Shown here one piece after another: positions 1 to 11,737 of a stretch of 64,000 nucleotides of DNA. The notes under the pieces are model-generated. The model worked only from the letters and a program-made list of their open reading frames with translations, ran no database searches and was not told the DNA's origin. The stretch is from Eukaryota sp. GEM-RC1. Lineage: Eukaryota. Position 1 is the stretch's first letter, and each line of letters opens with the position of its first letter. Location of the stretch: contig JAUFOQ010000010.1 of assembly GCA_040285855.1 (NCBI GenBank), forward strand, positions 1,736,001 through 1,800,000, written 5' to 3'. The position numbers were made by a program, and so were the translations under genes.

Positions 1-492
1 ATCAACTACGGGCTGCTTTCGTACCTTAGCTTTGGCTTTTGAAGGCTTGGGCTTGGGGCGCTCGACAGCGGTTGCAATCACACATACCTCTTCCTTAATG
101 GACAAGGCCAATGTGAATTTTGGTTCGGGTTCAACGTACTTGTGCGGTGCCTTAGAGTTTGCAGGCTTTGCACTAGCGGGGGTCGGGACCTTACCATTTT
201 TGAGATTAGAGGACTTTTTGCTTTTGCGCGGTGCCGTTGATTTCTTAGGCGTTGCACTTGGCTCTTCGTCGATTGTTTGGTTGCATTCTTTCTCCGTCTG
301 GACAGCGGTCGTAGAGGAAGGCAAAATGACTTGTGATTCATCCACTCTTTCTGGCGTAACTACCCCACTTGGGGTTGAAAGAATATTAGGCAGAGGCAAG
401 CTGTTAGGCAGGGGTTCTTCATTGCGGACGATTGAAGGCGTTGAGCTGGAGGGCACAACAGACAAGGACTCAGTATCAGATACAGAAGACAT
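1..492 (-). CDS. 5' part of an ORF running off the window; low-complexity S/P/K/T-rich N-terminus (MSSVSDTESLSVVPSSSTP...KPKPSKAKAKVRKQPVVD), product unknown
   Basis: ATG at 492-490 on minus strand, 164 open codons to the window edge; higher GC than flanks; the listed + strand ORF 32..544 is its antisense shadow. Confidence 0.55.
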   Translation of the reverse strand, partial: MSSVSDTESLSVVPSSSTPSIVRNEEPLPNSLPLPNILSTPSGVVTPERVDESQVILPSSTTAVQTEKECNQTIDEEPSATPKKSTAPRKSKKSSNLKNGKVPTPASAKPANSKAPHKYVEPEPKFTLALSIKEEVCVIATAVERPKPKPSKAKAKVRKQPVVD

Positions 493-560
493 TGTCAAAA
501 CAATTACAACTTTAATCAATTTAATAAATAGTATTCATTTGTAGGGGGCTATTCACTTTT

Positions 561-1205
561 TTATGAAAAATTAATTATTTTTAAATCTATATATAATTTT
601 ATAGTAACATATGTTTGTATTTCATAAATAGATATTGCAAGTAACAAAACAGCAATAGATAATATATTGAGTTTATCTTTTTTAAAAACAAAAACAGATT
701 CATTTGTATCTCGTATTAAGAATTCATTCATTATTAAAATAATTAACAATGCTCCAGTAACTATCATATTATAAATCATAGAAGAAGAATTAACATAAAT
801 TAGATATGACATGTTAATTATAAATACCATTGTATTAGCATGATGGAATTTTATTTTTTTAGTTAGTGTAGATAATATAAAGAATATGAATGCGATGATT
901 ATATATGAAATAATATTATTAATTATCATAGTTTTATAGACTAAGTTTTTAATTATAGAATACAAAACTAATAATGAAGTCTGCATTGTGGTATATATAA
1001 TAAATATTCTACGTTCTCATATATATTTAGATTGTAATCTAAATTGTTTTAATGAGAATGAATAGAAAATAATAGTTGTAGAATAGAGAATAGATAGATC
1101 AAATACTAACATTGATATCCATATAGATGTTCCTATTACAATTGACATCACACCTAATACTGGATGCGGATTTATATTATCTAATGAATCTAAATCTATT
1201 TTCAT
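561..1205 (-). CDS. Putative small multi-pass membrane protein(s), extremely AT-rich (ORFs 1017..1205 and 561..986, possibly one gene)
   Basis: Hydrophobic I/L/F-rich ORFs; no recognisable motif; could be a compositional artefact. Confidence 0.25.
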
Positions 1206-1559
1206 CGTATATTCATGAAAACTATAAATTTTTTTCCCGGTATTAATAAAGGAATTAAAAGTAAATTAAAATATTTAATATCCAATATTTTGGATAGTCC
1301 AATTACCATTACTAAAAGATATAATCTCATTATTTAAAAAAAATATATCAACATATTTAACAAAATTGTATATATTTACACAATCTTATTTATGTAAATT
1401 TATTTTTTATTATTTATAGTTGGTACGAATTCTCTCACCAATATCATTTAAGATATCGAAAAGGATTCCAAGTCAAACATATCTACCAGGACAGGTAGTA
1501 TTGGGGATAAAAAGATTGAACTTTTAGTTGAGTTTCAAACTCAGTTTGAAAATCTTCAA

Positions 1560-2225
1560 ACACTTTGTGTACGTGATTCTTGTTATTCCATGTTTAAAGC
1601 ACATGGTTTTCACTCTAAAGTTGAACCAGTTTTGAATCATCTTTCAAAAAATGAATTTACTGATCAATAAAGAGGGGATCTACATACTCCGTGGCTTAAA
1701 TCGAGTCAATCATTAATGGATTTTACTACAGTAGATGTATGTAACAAATCTTGTGTTAGTAGGATATTAGATTCTTCTTTTAATCCATTGACAGCAGCTG
1801 AAAAGCTCAAACACACCAAGTATGACTCTCAAGTAGAAGAATTAAATAGAAACTCATAATCCAAATTTGTGTTTCAACCTTTTGATGTTTCTCTTTTTGG
1901 ATCTATTAGTCCTGTTGGTGATCAATTTTTCAAGGATTTCGAAGAATTGTGTAAAGAAAAGAAGCGTAAGTTTAGAATGGCTGAATGGAAAAACCGTATA
2001 GTGTTTTCCATATATCGGAATATGCCTTTCTATTTCTCTAGATTAATTGAGAAATTGTACAAGTTTGGTGTGAAGGTCAATGTTGATAAACGTAATCTTT
2101 TACCGGGTGGTGATGAAGTCGTTTGGATTTAATCTTAGTATTATTTGTTTGTTTTTACAATTTCTTAGTTTGTAGGAAGGTTACCTTATTGGGTGCCGAA
2201 TAAACATAACTTGTGTTTTTTTATG
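1560..2225 (+). mobile_element. Decayed 3' fragment of an RLE-type (CRE/R2-like) non-LTR retrotransposon
   Basis: Translates (with a stop) to MFKAHGFHSKVEP...RGDLHTPW...DFTTVD...AEKLKHTKY...FQPFDVSLFG, the restriction-like endonuclease C-terminus; followed by a short 3' UTR ending in a T run near 2216-2222. Confidence 0.7.
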
Positions 2226-2539
2226 AAATGCTGTTCTCTTCATTTGAATGAAAGCAATTATTATGGGTTCGTAGCGGAAAATATCCGTAGGACGAATGGT
2301 TGGGACGAATTTAATGAAAGTTTCGGTAGCACTGTGCTTGATGAATGAATACATTAGATGCGTTGTTTATATTTAATATAAAAAATCATTTTTTTTATTT
2401 ACTATCATTTTTCTACCCTAACTTAAATACAAAAAATATATTTATACTCTTTTTGAGAGTTTGTTTGCAACAATAAATTAATCCATACCAATTCAGAAAA
2501 TGAAAGAAGTAAGTACTCCACATCAGCATGAGAATTATC

Positions 2540-3050
2540 CTACTTCGAATAAATGGAATTTAAAAACATGGGAAAGCTTCTATAAAGAGCAAACAAAATT
2601 CGATTAAACCATACAGCGCCACTAACAACTTTGCCATTGGAACGACCAAAAAGACTAAATCAAAAAAAATTTCGCTTTATTAGAACTGCGGAACCAATAT
2701 AACCAAAAATTGAAATTGTAAATGGAACAAATGAAAACTTAGAACATATATACATTTTCACTAAGCTTCTTTCTCCGCTCGGCATGTTCAAGATGACCAT
2801 TTGAATCATTCAAAATGGAGTCTTTGTAGACTTTTGCAAACGGGTCAACTGTAGTAAAATCAACCACAACTTGAACTGAATCCAGGAAAGGGGCAATTAA
2901 GTCACCACACTGAGAATCAAACACGCCATTGTCACTATAATGTTTCAGAAAAGGTTTAATTTTACATCTTTGATTATAGCATTTCAACGCTTCATAAGTA
3001 ACACTACAAGCAGCATTATGTAGTAACGATCGAAATTGCCAAAACAATTG
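2540..3050 (-). mobile_element. Decayed RLE-type non-LTR retrotransposon fragment
   Basis: FRSLLHNA...GDLIAPF...VDFTTVDP...LEHAERRK, homologous to the fragments at 1560, 4200 and 35506. Confidence 0.7.
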
Positions 3051-4199
3051 TAACTAACACCATGAAGAAATGTGGCTATAGAACGGTTACCGCAAAACAC
3101 AAATTGAATTATTTAGCGAATGGTCAGAAACATGCAAAACTCAGCTCTACGTTAATGAAGTGCAGGGAGAAGGACATCATGGACACCTGTATTATAGACG
3201 ACGAGATCAAGGACAAATCGACACTTATCGAATCAGTACGATCTCTGTGAAGGACTAAGCTATACAATGAAGAATTGGTGTTCTACTACGTGACACACAA
3301 ACTACAGAGTGAACAACAAGCGAAAGTATGTGCGAAGACGGCGAGATCGTATAATTTCAAGGTTCATGTCTTTTCAAGGTCCGGATAGGGTTGAAATTTG
3401 AGGAACCTGACTGTACATTGATTATTTCAACTAAAAAGCAAGTGGTTGCTCTGCACTCACATCACTTATGAATTCTCTAAACAAAATTGTATTTATCGAA
3501 GAAAGATTAATCCATCTTATTGGATAAAAGTGTTGATCCAACTCACAAGTAATTATTTCCCATTGCACAATTAAAGAAGTATTTAGAACTAAGTTTGCAA
3601 GGGAATTGATGTCGTGTCCAAATTTTACTTTGTCGCTGGTCTACGTGGAAAGAAGCGTCTGTTGATTGAGAATTCATTTATGTAGTGTCAATTGTGGTCG
3701 AAAGTTTTTAATATTTCTCCCTGGAAAGTGTTCCTGAAATTCATGTTATTCCTTACAACTAATTTTACCGAAAAGTCTACCGAAAACACCCTTTAACAGC
3801 ACTAATCTAATTTCTGTTCCCAAATCAGATGTAGGGACACAGCTGTTCCTTTCGTTTCTTCGCTTCCCAGACGTCATGCATAGTTAATGGCTTTCAGTAA
3901 CATAAACTCTGTTCTGCAAGAGCACCAAATAGAACAATTCCTGTAAGATGGCTTTGTCCTAGAACAAAGCCGAGAGAACCATTACGTTGGATGTTGTTTA
4001 ATTGCAGAAATGATGTATATGCTGCGTTGTCCTTCATTGACCGTTTATAAAATGCTATCTGAGTATGATAGCAACATGCTCAAATCCCACTGTTGAACAT
4101 GGTGTGTTTTCCAAGTGTTTTATTATCATATAACTTGTCCACATTGTACAGTGATATGACATACGTTTGTGAAGTTTGTGTATATAAGGGAGTCATTTC

Positions 4200-4667
4200 A
4201 CCAAAACCACCAAAAATAGAAGAGCAAATGGAACAAATATAAATTTTGAATATTAATTTTGATCGAGTTTAGCAACATCTTTGGAATACAAATCAATACT
4301 ACGTTTTTCAGCTGTTTTTAGGTGATTGAAACCTTTTGAATTTAAGCCATTTACATAAGTTTGAGCACATGGATCTACTGTTGTAACATCAAGGATAATG
4401 TGACTAGAATCAATAACATGACCATGTAAGTCACCTCGACGAGAATGATAAATTAAAACAAGACCCAGCTTACTAAATAAAGATTGAACTTTGGTATGAA
4501 ATCCATGAGCTTTAAACATTTCAAATGTAACATCTCTGACAGCATTATGAAGAACTGAACGAAATTGAATAAATTTGGGTCAATTAATTACATGTCTAAA
4601 AGTTGCAATGCGACGATGACTACAAACACATTCAGAATTGTCCAACAATTCTGCAAAGAACAAACCT
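4200..4667 (-). mobile_element. Decayed RLE-type non-LTR retrotransposon fragment with CCHC finger remnant
   Basis: CVC...RHVIN*PKFIQFRSVLHNAVRD..MFKAHGF...RRGDLHG..LDVTTVDP...LKTAEKRSIDLY. Confidence 0.7.
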
Positions 4668-4776
4668 AAACGAAAAAACAGTGTATTGAACTTGTGGTAA
4701 GGGATTGAAAATAAGCGAAATCATGGAGTATACTATACTCAGTATAGTGATACAGTACTAGTTCAAGTTTCATCTC

Positions 4777-7700
4777 ATGATAAGTCACTCTTGTATAGTT
4801 TGTAAAGCAGCTGTCTTCGATGGAATCGCTGTCTGTTGTGATCAAGTTGTTTGCTCTCAGAAATGCCACAAACATTGGCAGGTATTTTCTTCTATGTGTG
4901 ACCCTTACAACGCATTGCCTTCTTCTCTTCTTTCTTCCCCCGATCTTGTATCTCACTCTATTACTTCTTCTCTGGCTTGCGAAGGCATAGCTGCTCCGAA
5001 GACTATACGTTTTCAGCAGACTCTACTAATCCTGATCAATTCTTATCTTCTCAGAACTCTATGGAAGTCTGATACTGCACGAGATCGGTCTCTTCGTCGT
5101 ATAATCAGACAATTGCCTGCATTCATGCACAAAGTTGGCTATGTCAGCCAGCGTTTCTTTGAATCTGCTCTTCTAGGACTCAAGGTACTTTTTGAATCTA
5201 ACACGTTCTCTGTCCGCTCACCTGGGCTTCCCCTTCTTCTTTCTATTAAATCTTACTTCCAAAGCAGATGTTCATGCTGTGTTCTTGAAAGTAGATAGGT
5301 CATTTAGTATTGAAGACATTCTTGAATTCACTTCAAGAATTACCCATCTAGAAGTAATCGATGACGTCACCAATTTGTCCTACTTATTTGACAGTTATTC
5401 TCCTTTTTTCTTACCTAGTCTAAGATGTGTTGACATTGAGTCTGGCGCTCTGTCAACTACCTTTTTGAAGCTCTGCTATTAAGCACGACTATCATTGAAT
5501 TAATTATCAAAGGTTTTTTTAACGCTACTTTTGTGATTGCATTAACAGAAGTCTTAAGTTCAATAGATTCATTTAAAACGATTAAACTTCTGACAACACA
5601 TCATGCACATCATGCTCAGTTCAGGTCCTTAATTGAAGATGATCAATCACTGCTTCTGTTTAATGCTTTAATGAGCAATACTTCACTGAAATCATTAGAT
5701 GTATCTGGTATTTTTATAGACCATTCAAGTGTTCTTGTCCCTCTTCTGTACAAGTCTAGTCTTAGAAGTCTAGTGTTTCCTAGTTGTTACAGTCTTGATT
5801 CTATAGTGTTTGATGATGTTAAGTGTAATTCTTTTCTTCAAGAACTAACTATTGTTGCTGACAGTATATCTCCAATTGTAGATTTAAGTAGATTTCCTTT
5901 TCTAAAGAAACTGGACCTTATTGAATGTAGATTCACAATTTTGGGTGATTTTTTGAACTAAATTCTTCTTTGTTAGAATTATCAATTAAGATGCCTGAAT
6001 ACTCATTCGAGTACACTCAATCGTTTGGTGAAGAGGAAATCAATTCACTAATTGAAATGATACAAAAGAGTCCTGGTTTGCTTGTATTAAGTTTGGATGT
6101 ATTAATTGATACAAATTTTGAAGATATTGTTGCCATGTATTCACTTCTTTCTCTTTCCTTCAAAACTTTAATGGTAAATGTCGATATTTCTCCTCATTAT
6201 ATTGACTCAGAGTCTGGTATTTTCTCCTTTTCAGCACAAGTTCACACTACAATTTTTGCTGAGAATGTTTCAGCTTTACTTTCTCTTGAAATTATTGACC
6301 TGCGTATCAACAAGTGTACTTTTACTGACGAGGCTTTTGTACTTTTGTGTCACTTAATCAAGACCAGTAATTCATTGACTTATCTTGACTTGTCATACTG
6401 CCGATTGTCTCATGTAAATTTCAATGAACTCCAGTACAACTCTAAATTAACCAATGTCAATTTAAGTAACATTTCAATTGGACTTAATGGTCTACTAACT
6501 GTTTTTGACTTAGTTTCAACTGGACAATTACCTCCAAACGTCCAAGTGTCTCCTAATGCTTTTGATTTATCGTTTGCTACGATATGTTATGAAAGTAAGG
6601 TAGATACCGCCGATTTAAGTGCACTTTTAAATGCTGTAAAATCAAATATCCCTATAAAATGTGTTAAATGTCATGGACTGAAGACTGTAAGTTTAGAAGG
6701 TTTGATTACACTACTCGAAATTCTTTCCATTCACCAATCAGTAATTGATCTCGAGGTTTCTCCTCACTGTATAGATGTTGAAAATGGGACTGTTTGCTTT
6801 TTACGGCAAAAATTTACCCAAATATCAGCTCAAGAACTTCAATCTCTACATTGTTTGTTGCAATCATGTAGTCTTCAGAAACTTACTTTTAAAAAATGTC
6901 AAATATCTGACGTTGGAATGTCTGTTTTGTGTGACGTCATCAGGACCTGTCCATCCTTGACTTCTGTTGATTTCACTCACTGTCGTCTCTTTCATTCCAA
7001 TATTCTAGAAATTATTAATGCCATTCAGTCAAATCCTACTTTAAAAAAGGTTGATCTCAGGCTGAGGACCTGTCCATCCTTGACTTCTGTTGATTTCACT
7101 CACTGTCGTCTCTTTCATTCCAATATTCTAGAAATTATTAATGCCATTCAGTCAAATCCTACTTTAAAAAAGGTTGATCAGATCAGCCACAATGACATTG
7201 AGCTCAATACTCTTTTGGCTATTTTGAAACAGTTTTCTACCCACGAATCACCACCATTTATTGAAGTGTTACCTCATTCTATTGATTTCTCTCGTGGTAT
7301 TATTAGTTACGCTGACAAGATTAAAAACATTGATTTACGGGTGCTTTTACATGTATTAATATCCAAAGTTCCTGTTAATCTTGTTGAATGTCTTGGAATG
7401 TTAGATCTAGATTTGGACAGCATTGTCACTCTTTTTCGAATTCTTTCCATCAATAATTCGTTGGTAGATGTAGATGTTTCTCCTCATCTAATCGATCCAG
7501 CTTCTGGCATTTTCTTATTTTCACCACATGATGATACTAAAACTAATGTTTCTCACCAAGAACTTGTCAAACTGACTGTCAACGAAGTTTCACTGTTAAA
7601 GTCTCTGTTACAGAACTTTTGCATCAAAGAATTGTCCATGATCAAATGTGATTTTTCCAATGTAATCACTCCTCTTTGTGATTTAATCCAGGCCAATCAG

Positions 7701-8852
7701 TCATTGACTTCTGTTGACTTCGGTCACTGTCAACTGACTGATAAACATGTTCTTGAAATTGTCAGTGCCCTTCAGTCTAAATCTTGCTTAAAAATGATTA
7801 ATCTAACTAACATGAACATTGCTTTTAAAACTCTTCTGGATATTTTTAAACAGTTTTCGACCCACCAATCACCACCAATTATCGAAGTTCATCCTCATTC
7901 TATTGATTTTTCTCTTGGTAATATCAGTTGTGTTGGTACTATTTCTAATATTGATGTAGATTTACTTGTGGATGCCTTAAATGCGAATATTCCCATTAAA
8001 AGGGTTTCATTTACTGGTTCAGGAAACGATTTGTCATTTATAGGACTTCTGAATTTGTTCACAATTCTTTTTAAATACAAAGAAATGATCGTATTTGATA
8101 ATATTTCAAATTTTGTCAATACTTCTACTGATCTGATTCATTGGCGAGACTATGTTTCCAATCACGATTTAATTTCTATTCTATCAGTGCTAAATTGGAA
8201 AGTGTCTCTTAAACGTGTTGAGTGTTTTGGACTAATTGATCCGAGTTTTGAAGGTATCGTTGCCCTTTATCAAATTCTTTCTATAAATAATTCATTGATA
8301 GATGTCGATATATCTCCTCATGTCATTGATACAGAGTCTGGAATTTTCTCATATTCTCCACAAGTTCACACTGAAGTTACTGCCAAGCATATCTCTGCTC
8401 TACTTTCTCTTGAAATCATTGATCTCCGTATTAACAAATGTACTTTTTGACGAGGCCTTTGTAGTCTTGTGTGATTTACTCAAGACCAGGACTTCATTAA
8501 CTTATCTTGACTTATCATACTGCCGATTTTCTGATGTAAATTTCTTGAGAATAATTAATTCTCTTCGACTTAATGCTGCTTTAAATGTTAGGGAACTTCG
8601 TTTTGAAGGTAATTTTTTGGTAATGTAAGTGCAAGAGCGTTAGCCGAATTATTGAAGGTTAATACTACAATTTCTAAAATTGACCTTTGGGGTAATGCTA
8701 TTACTAATGAGGGTGTTTTAGCCTTTTCAAAAGTATTGAATTTAAATTCCACAATTTCTTTAATCAACTTGGGTCATAACTCTATGACTAAAAACTGCAA
8801 ATTGAAACTCAAAAAGATTTTAAATGGACGCACTACCCTGCAAAAGAATTAG
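4777..8852 (+). CDS. Large leucine-rich-repeat protein (RNI/NLRC3-like LRRs) with Cys/His-rich N-terminus; several frameshifts (assembly error or pseudogene)
   Basis: ORFs 4777..5298, 5192..5482, 5533..5961, 5970..8450, 8302..8628, 8652..8852 are collinear with the paralog at 30509; LRR motifs SLTSVDFxHCxL, KIDLWGNAITNEG; recurring module SPHxIDxExGxFxFSP; N-terminal CIVC...CC...CSQKCH. Confidence 0.75.
6942..7179 (+). repeat. Exact in-frame tandem duplication, period 123 bp (41 aa), inside the LRR gene
   Basis: aggacctgtcc...aaggttgatc at 6942-7056 and 7065-7179; protein RTCPSLTSVDFTHC...LKKVD occurs twice. Confidence 0.95.
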
Positions 8853-9005
8853 TGAAAAATAGATGATAATTGATAACAGCTATTTATCGATTGAAATCAT
8901 AGTTCAGATATACACGGGTTGGGTTATTCAAATACTGTGTATACATACACAAATATACATATACATTTGTATATACTGTGATATACACTAAGTAACTATT
9001 GTATA

Positions 9006-10563
9006 CAGTCAACTCTCTATAAATGCACACGTTTGGGGGGGGTGTAGTTATAGAGTGTGTACACTTCTAGAATTTCCTTTCTTTCTGCCACACCTACACC
9101 CCATATCAGCGTTGCTCACTTCATTATCTTCTATATTGGTAATCAACAATACACCTATGCTATCTAGAACTACATTCACCCAATTATCTCCTAGTACTTT
9201 CTCACTCCGTCTAAAACACTGTGTTTGACTGTTCTTGACGAGACAGCTTCAAAGGAGCAGTGATGTCGTCTCTCTCTGGATGTCTATGTAAATATCGTTG
9301 AACTCTCATGATGCAATTACGAGCTTCTTGAGAGGAAACGTCATCGTTTTCATCTTCCTGTGATGACATCATCTTCATCTTCTTCAGAGGCCATAAGTCC
9401 CCATCTTACTTTCATTACATCAACAATTTCATCATCCGACATAGCTCTTCCTCCTTCTCTTTCAAATACGGGGTAACAGTAGTCTGATGCAGACAAGCCG
9501 TCATCGAGGTTGAGCTTTTGGATGTTACTATCTAGTTCTTCAATTTCACCATCTACTTGGAACATGCTATCGTCACTATGGGATTGTGGCACAAAACTCC
9601 AAATACCCACACGTTCCCAACAGTTCTTTATGGTGACTTCGGACACATTTGACAATGCTTCTGCAGACCAATTCCATGTAGAACGTTGACTTTCTCAGCA
9701 GCTTTGTGGCTATTTTCGTAGTTATTGGCCTCAACTTCGTCGATTACATGAGTCAATAACAAATTATGGTACTTCGCTTTAAAGCTCCGAATAATTCCAG
9801 CATGTAACGGTTGCAAAGCATAGCTTGAAATTATACAATTTTTCCATAATAATTTGTTATAATAATAATAATAATTTCTATAATAATAATAATAATAATC
9901 ATTTTTTCACCATATTTGTCGAAATTACATACCTACTATTGTCTTGTGCCTTGCTATATATTGCAAGTTAGAACGTTTCAGAGCATTCTGATCTCAAAGA
10001 AGAAGAAAAATCTCATTATTACCACTCGTAAACGTACATATAGATGAGTTTCGACTGTTTTCCACTACAAAATTCTGTTTGGTCTATCATTGCTATAATT
10101 ATCAATATTATGGAATTATGCTTGTAATAATAATAATCATAATAATAATAATATTTATTTTTCCAGTTCATAATTTCAAGCTATGTTGCAAAGTAGTGGT
10201 AGTGTTTGGAGGTAAATAAATAACTTTTAAGAAATGCAACTCCATAGAACCTAAGGAATGAGAAGAAGCATTATCACAAAACAATCCACCTTGTTTACCA
10301 TAAAGTTTACAATGATTATCGAGCTCTAGACAAATTTCTTGAAAGTTAAACGTGAGCATCCATGCACTTTTGTTGTTACGATAGGTATAAACAAACATTG
10401 TACATGGTTTCACGAACTTATGTGCACTATGAGCCCTAAAAACTCAATTATTTGTAGACATAGGGACTTTATAAGGCCTCAGGCACAGTTATAAGAAACA
10501 AACAGTGTAAATTTTTTGGGGGTGTGCACTTATGGGGTGTGTGCATTTATAGAGAGTTGACTG
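9006..10563 (-). mobile_element. Pogo/Tigger-like DNA transposon, internally deleted, with transposase remnant
   Basis: 25-bp TIRs cagtcaactctctataaatgcacac / gtgtgcatttatagagagttgactg flanked by TA; remnant YRNNKSAWM...CDNASSH...LPPNTTTTLQ|PLHAGIIRSFKAKY (DDE_1 family motifs). Confidence 0.9.
9819..10185. mobile_element. 367-bp hAT-like MITE inserted into the pogo transposase
   Basis: Perfect 16-bp TIR catagcttgaaattat / ataatttcaagctatg; 8-bp TSD ttgcaaag at 9811-9818 and 10186-10193; (aat)n subterminal tracts; splits the LQ|PL motif. Confidence 0.9.
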
Positions 10564-10808
10564 TATACAGTTCATACACACACATCAACAAATTCATGTA
10601 TATAAAATACTTATGTTAAAACTCAAGTGCAGAGCAGGGACAGAGAGAAGATTTTACCATTGTCGTTAGAGCTAATTTCAAATGGTCATTACTTATTTGC
10701 TTAATGACTTGAATCTTTGTCCTTGACATCAATACAGTCTGATCATCCAGTAGACTCTGACAAGTTCATAAACCTTTGTATAACATGTAACTGAACTCAT
10801 ATACAAAT

Positions 10809-11493
10809 TAGGACTGTGCAGGTTTGGGTTTCAAAAAGTTTCAAACCCCAAACCTGGTTTAGGTTTGGTTTGGTTTTCCAAAAATGGGTTTAGGTTCCGG
10901 TAGGTTTTTAAGTTTTAGGTTTAGGTTCAGCTAGGTTTTGTAAAAAAGGTTTAGGTTCAAACCTAGTAAACCCGATATGTATTATGAATTAAAAATACAC
11001 TGTAGTTTAGTGGAACACTGTCAAAATAAAGTTGTTCTTACGGTAGTACTAGATATGCTTTATTATTAATGCTCGAGTATCACAAACAACTACTAGTGGT
11101 GCTACTTTTCTTTTTCAAAAAATCGTCTCCAATCCTTAAGACTGACAAGTGCTTGGATACTTTCATGGGACAGAAAAGCTCTATATTCTGTAACTGTGCT
11201 GTGTCTTCACTCATCACTTCAATTTCAGAAGAGTTCCCGTCAATAGAAGCGTTAAGATCGTTCATATATAATGTAAGAATCAGAGGGTTATTGAAATTAA
11301 ATGTGTTTCATTTTCCTACAGTTCTGAAGCTAAAGGTTTAGGTTTGGTTTTATTGAAAAGGGTTTAGGTTTGGTTTGGTTTTATTAAAAAAGGCTTAGGT
11401 TTGGTTTGGTTTTTTTTAAAAAGGTTTAGGTTCAGCTAGGTTTAGAAAAAAAAGGTTTGGTTTGAAACCTAAACCCGAACCTGCACAGTCCTA
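10809..11493. mobile_element. 685-bp hAT-like MITE with GGTTT/GGTTTA subterminal repeats
   Basis: TIR taggactgtgcaggtt(t/c)gggttt / aaacccgaacctgcacagtccta; 8-bp TSD atacaaat at 10801-10808 and 11494-11501. Confidence 0.9.
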
Positions 11494-11737
11494 ATACAAA
11501 TATCCACCGTTAACCAACATCTTGGGTATTTTTATATACACTGTATATACAGAAAATCTGTATACACAGCATATTATGTGTATATGTAGATCTGAACTAT
11601 GATTGAAATGACAAAATATATTTCATAAAATTCTATGAAATGCAAGACTCCGAAAATACAGGATCAACAATACCAATTTTGACGTGCTTTATGTTAAACC
11701 AATAAATTGAACGAAACTACTAAATTGGGAAAATTAT

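Larger units (their letters stand above)
8898..11601. mobile_element. Non-autonomous hAT-like element (outermost of a nested cluster)
   Basis: TIRs catagttcagatataca (8898) / tgtagatctgaactatg (ends 11601), one mismatch; 8-bp TSD attgaaat at 8890-8897 and 11602-11609. Confidence 0.8.

Noticed and set aside
32..544. + strand 170-aa ORF
   Set aside because: Antisense shadow of the minus-strand ORF starting at 492
10820..11480. GGTTTA/GGTTT runs as interstitial telomere
   Set aside because: They are irregular and confined between TIRs with an 8-bp TSD, so they are MITE subterminal repeats
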